A stretch of DNA of 64,000 nucleotides, from NCBI GenBank assembly GCA_030248215.1, contig JASANG010001329.1:62001-126000 (forward strand). The letters are read 5' to 3'. Each line of letters begins with the position of its first letter. Within the stretch, counting starts at the first letter, position 1. A program made the translations under genes and the position numbers. Positions 61,806-64,000 of the stretch are shown here, in pieces. Source of the stretch: Enoplolaimus lenunculus. Taxonomy: Eukaryota. Under the pieces are notes generated by a model that was given only the letters and a program-made list of their open reading frames with translations, ran no database searches and was not told the origin of the DNA.

Positions 61806-64000
61806 CAAAGTTCGGTGGGTATTTTTGTACAACATTGTACAATGCTTAAAGTATGCTTCATGGTATCACAGAAAGATGTGGCGCGTGCCGCACAATTGAC
61901 ACATCGCATCAGCGGGCGTTCATAGTTCGGAAAAAAGTAAAGTCGTGCATACAACTATTACATTTATACCTGCAGAAAGGCGAGAGTCCGGAAAACGAAC
62001 TATAGCGCTGGTGTTCACACGGGCAAAGATTTTCTGCTGGCGAGTATCTGTGGGAAGGAAAACCATTGAATGATTTCTTAGAAGGTAAAATGCTGAATGA
62101 TTCCACAGTGCAGCAGCTCAGCTATCTGAGTCTTCCTGCTGCTAGACGGACTCTTTCATGTAAGGTATGAATGAGGGACCCAGCAGGTTATCCAATTGGG
62201 GAAAAAATCTGCCAGTGAAGCGAGCATGAAGCCAAAAAAGGGTCAATAAACAATGCTAACCCGGAATTTCGCCACAGTGTAATTTTTTTGAAGCCGCATC
62301 GTAGATTGGTTTCGCCAGAGGATTCTACGTGCCCAAGCGATCCGAAACAAAGAAAACGACAAATATTTTTGATTAAAATAATTAAATGTTGCTCATTATC
62401 CGATTTATGTTAAAAAATCAAGAATCGCATCATTTTTAATTCATGTACCAATGATAAACGGAGGAAACGAAACTGCATCTGAGTTGCAATTTAGTACCTA
62501 AATATACGATTCCCTCGATCTAAATTTGAAAGTAACGTCTAGAAGAGAAAATGCTAAAATTCAACAGACGGGCAGTTTATAAGATGCCCGTTATGTGCTA
62601 TAAATGACAATCTATGTATTTATCATTTATATCACCAAAATTGCTACATCACATTGTTATAGCTGTCATCTGTCATAGGCTTAATCTTAATCGATGACGG
62701 GGGAAGCTCTGAGTTTAAGACGCTAACCAATCTCGATTTGAAAATTCGGAGGCGTTACAATTCCGGATCTATAGTGAACGTTTCTGGGAACACTAGCTTG
62801 TCTCTGTAGGTAGAACGAATTTATACATTCGCCAATTTTTTTCATTTTGACACTGAGACATGGCATTAAAACAATTGCGTTTCCATCCAGTTGAATATTT
62901 AGAGAACTCGGAATTTAACTGGTTATTGGGTCTAGTTTGATCTGCCATACTTTGGGGGTGAATTTAATCAATTCTTTTCATTTGAATAGCACCGAACTGA
63001 ATTTCGTTTAAAAGCTCAAACAAGTACCCAAAGTGTTTTTACACCGCATCCAGTGGTACAGCTTCAGTTTTATTACTGTATGAAACAAATTTATATACAA
63101 TTTTTTACTCGACTATGGCAGTTAACTTTTCGAACAACTTAGATTCTCATTTTCGAACAGACCTGTCCCTCAATTCTCGCTGAATTTCGTTCTCTTAAAA
63201 GCCGTACGCCTTATCATTGAATCTTGTTATGCCCGATGCAACCGCATAATATGAGCTATCCATATTCGTGCACGCGGATTGCATTAAAGATATTAATTTG
63301 TTTGTATTTATATTTATCTCTAAATATAAATATATCCTTAAATTTTAAACAAGCCACAGAAGCGAATTAACACGGACGTTCGCTGAAATTTCGACGGGGA
63401 ATTTTTACTCAGAACATCTATTTGACTAAATCTTTTATCCGTCGCTGTGATTTGTTTCGATAACCTACAGATCTTTGTATAGAGGTCTATCCAAACTCTA
63501 CCCCTCTGGATAAGGAATTGACAAAATTTATACTAGATTTCCTGCCGTAATATAAGGGGTGCGGATAAACACAGGGTGGTGTCCTGATCCCGAGTTTTAA
63601 TATCAAAACTTTCCATTTAGACTCAATCCAAAGGTTGCGCCTGGCTTCTCGCTCGGTTCTGTCGTCAATGTTTCTTCCATTATTACCTATTACATCCCTC
63701 TTTGGGTGCCCCACGTCGTTGGATGAGCTGCTGCGCCCAAAGTGGTATGCGTATACAAACAGAAGGACATTTTATAAGGACATTAGGACGCTTAAAACGA
63801 AACGGTGACTGCGTTAGTTTTTAGTTACCTTAAATGAACTATGGGCATTCGGCAGTAAAATCCTCTTAATGATTACAAAACATACTACTTAACCCATATC
63901 TAAAGGCGCTTTATTCAATGATATTTTGAAGGTGCATTTTAAAGAGTGTAAACTCGTGTTACAGTTATTAATTAAAATCCAATGAAAAGGTAAACACGGA

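Noticed and set aside
61955..62164. Exon-like plus-strand segment ending AAG|GTATGA
   Set aside because: In-frame TAG, no partner exons and no recognisable protein similarity.

Overview
AT-rich, repeat-dense eukaryotic (animal) genomic DNA, most likely nematode or a close ecdysozoan relative. This is inferred from the abundant TTAGGC/GCCTAA telomere-type repeats, TTTCAG-type splice acceptors and ZAG-1-like zinc fingers. The one clearly recognisable gene is a minus-strand ZEB/zfh1/zag-1 zinc-finger homeodomain gene. I reconstructed it as three coding exons (55314-50272, 48883-48709, 48161-47878; about 1833 aa); the last two exons are missing from the ORF track. There is also a 4-exon minus-strand gene of unknown function (13256-9935, about 625 aa). 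Two single-exon ORFs (17823-17200 and 35578-34949) have signal-peptide-like N-termini and end in the same motif, KR-NL-x-x-G-x(2-3)-RGRP; they are candidate neuropeptide or secreted-peptide precursors. The rest is non-autonomous DNA transposons (MITEs), many with readable target-site duplications (TSDs), plus satellites. These include a family carrying telomeric repeats between its terminal inverted repeats (TIRs), a piggyBac-type family carrying tRNA-like Pol III boxes, and a ~1.1 kb interstitial telomere-like array with a recurring spacer. I recognised no transposase, CRISPR array or rRNA. All calls were made by eye without database searches.
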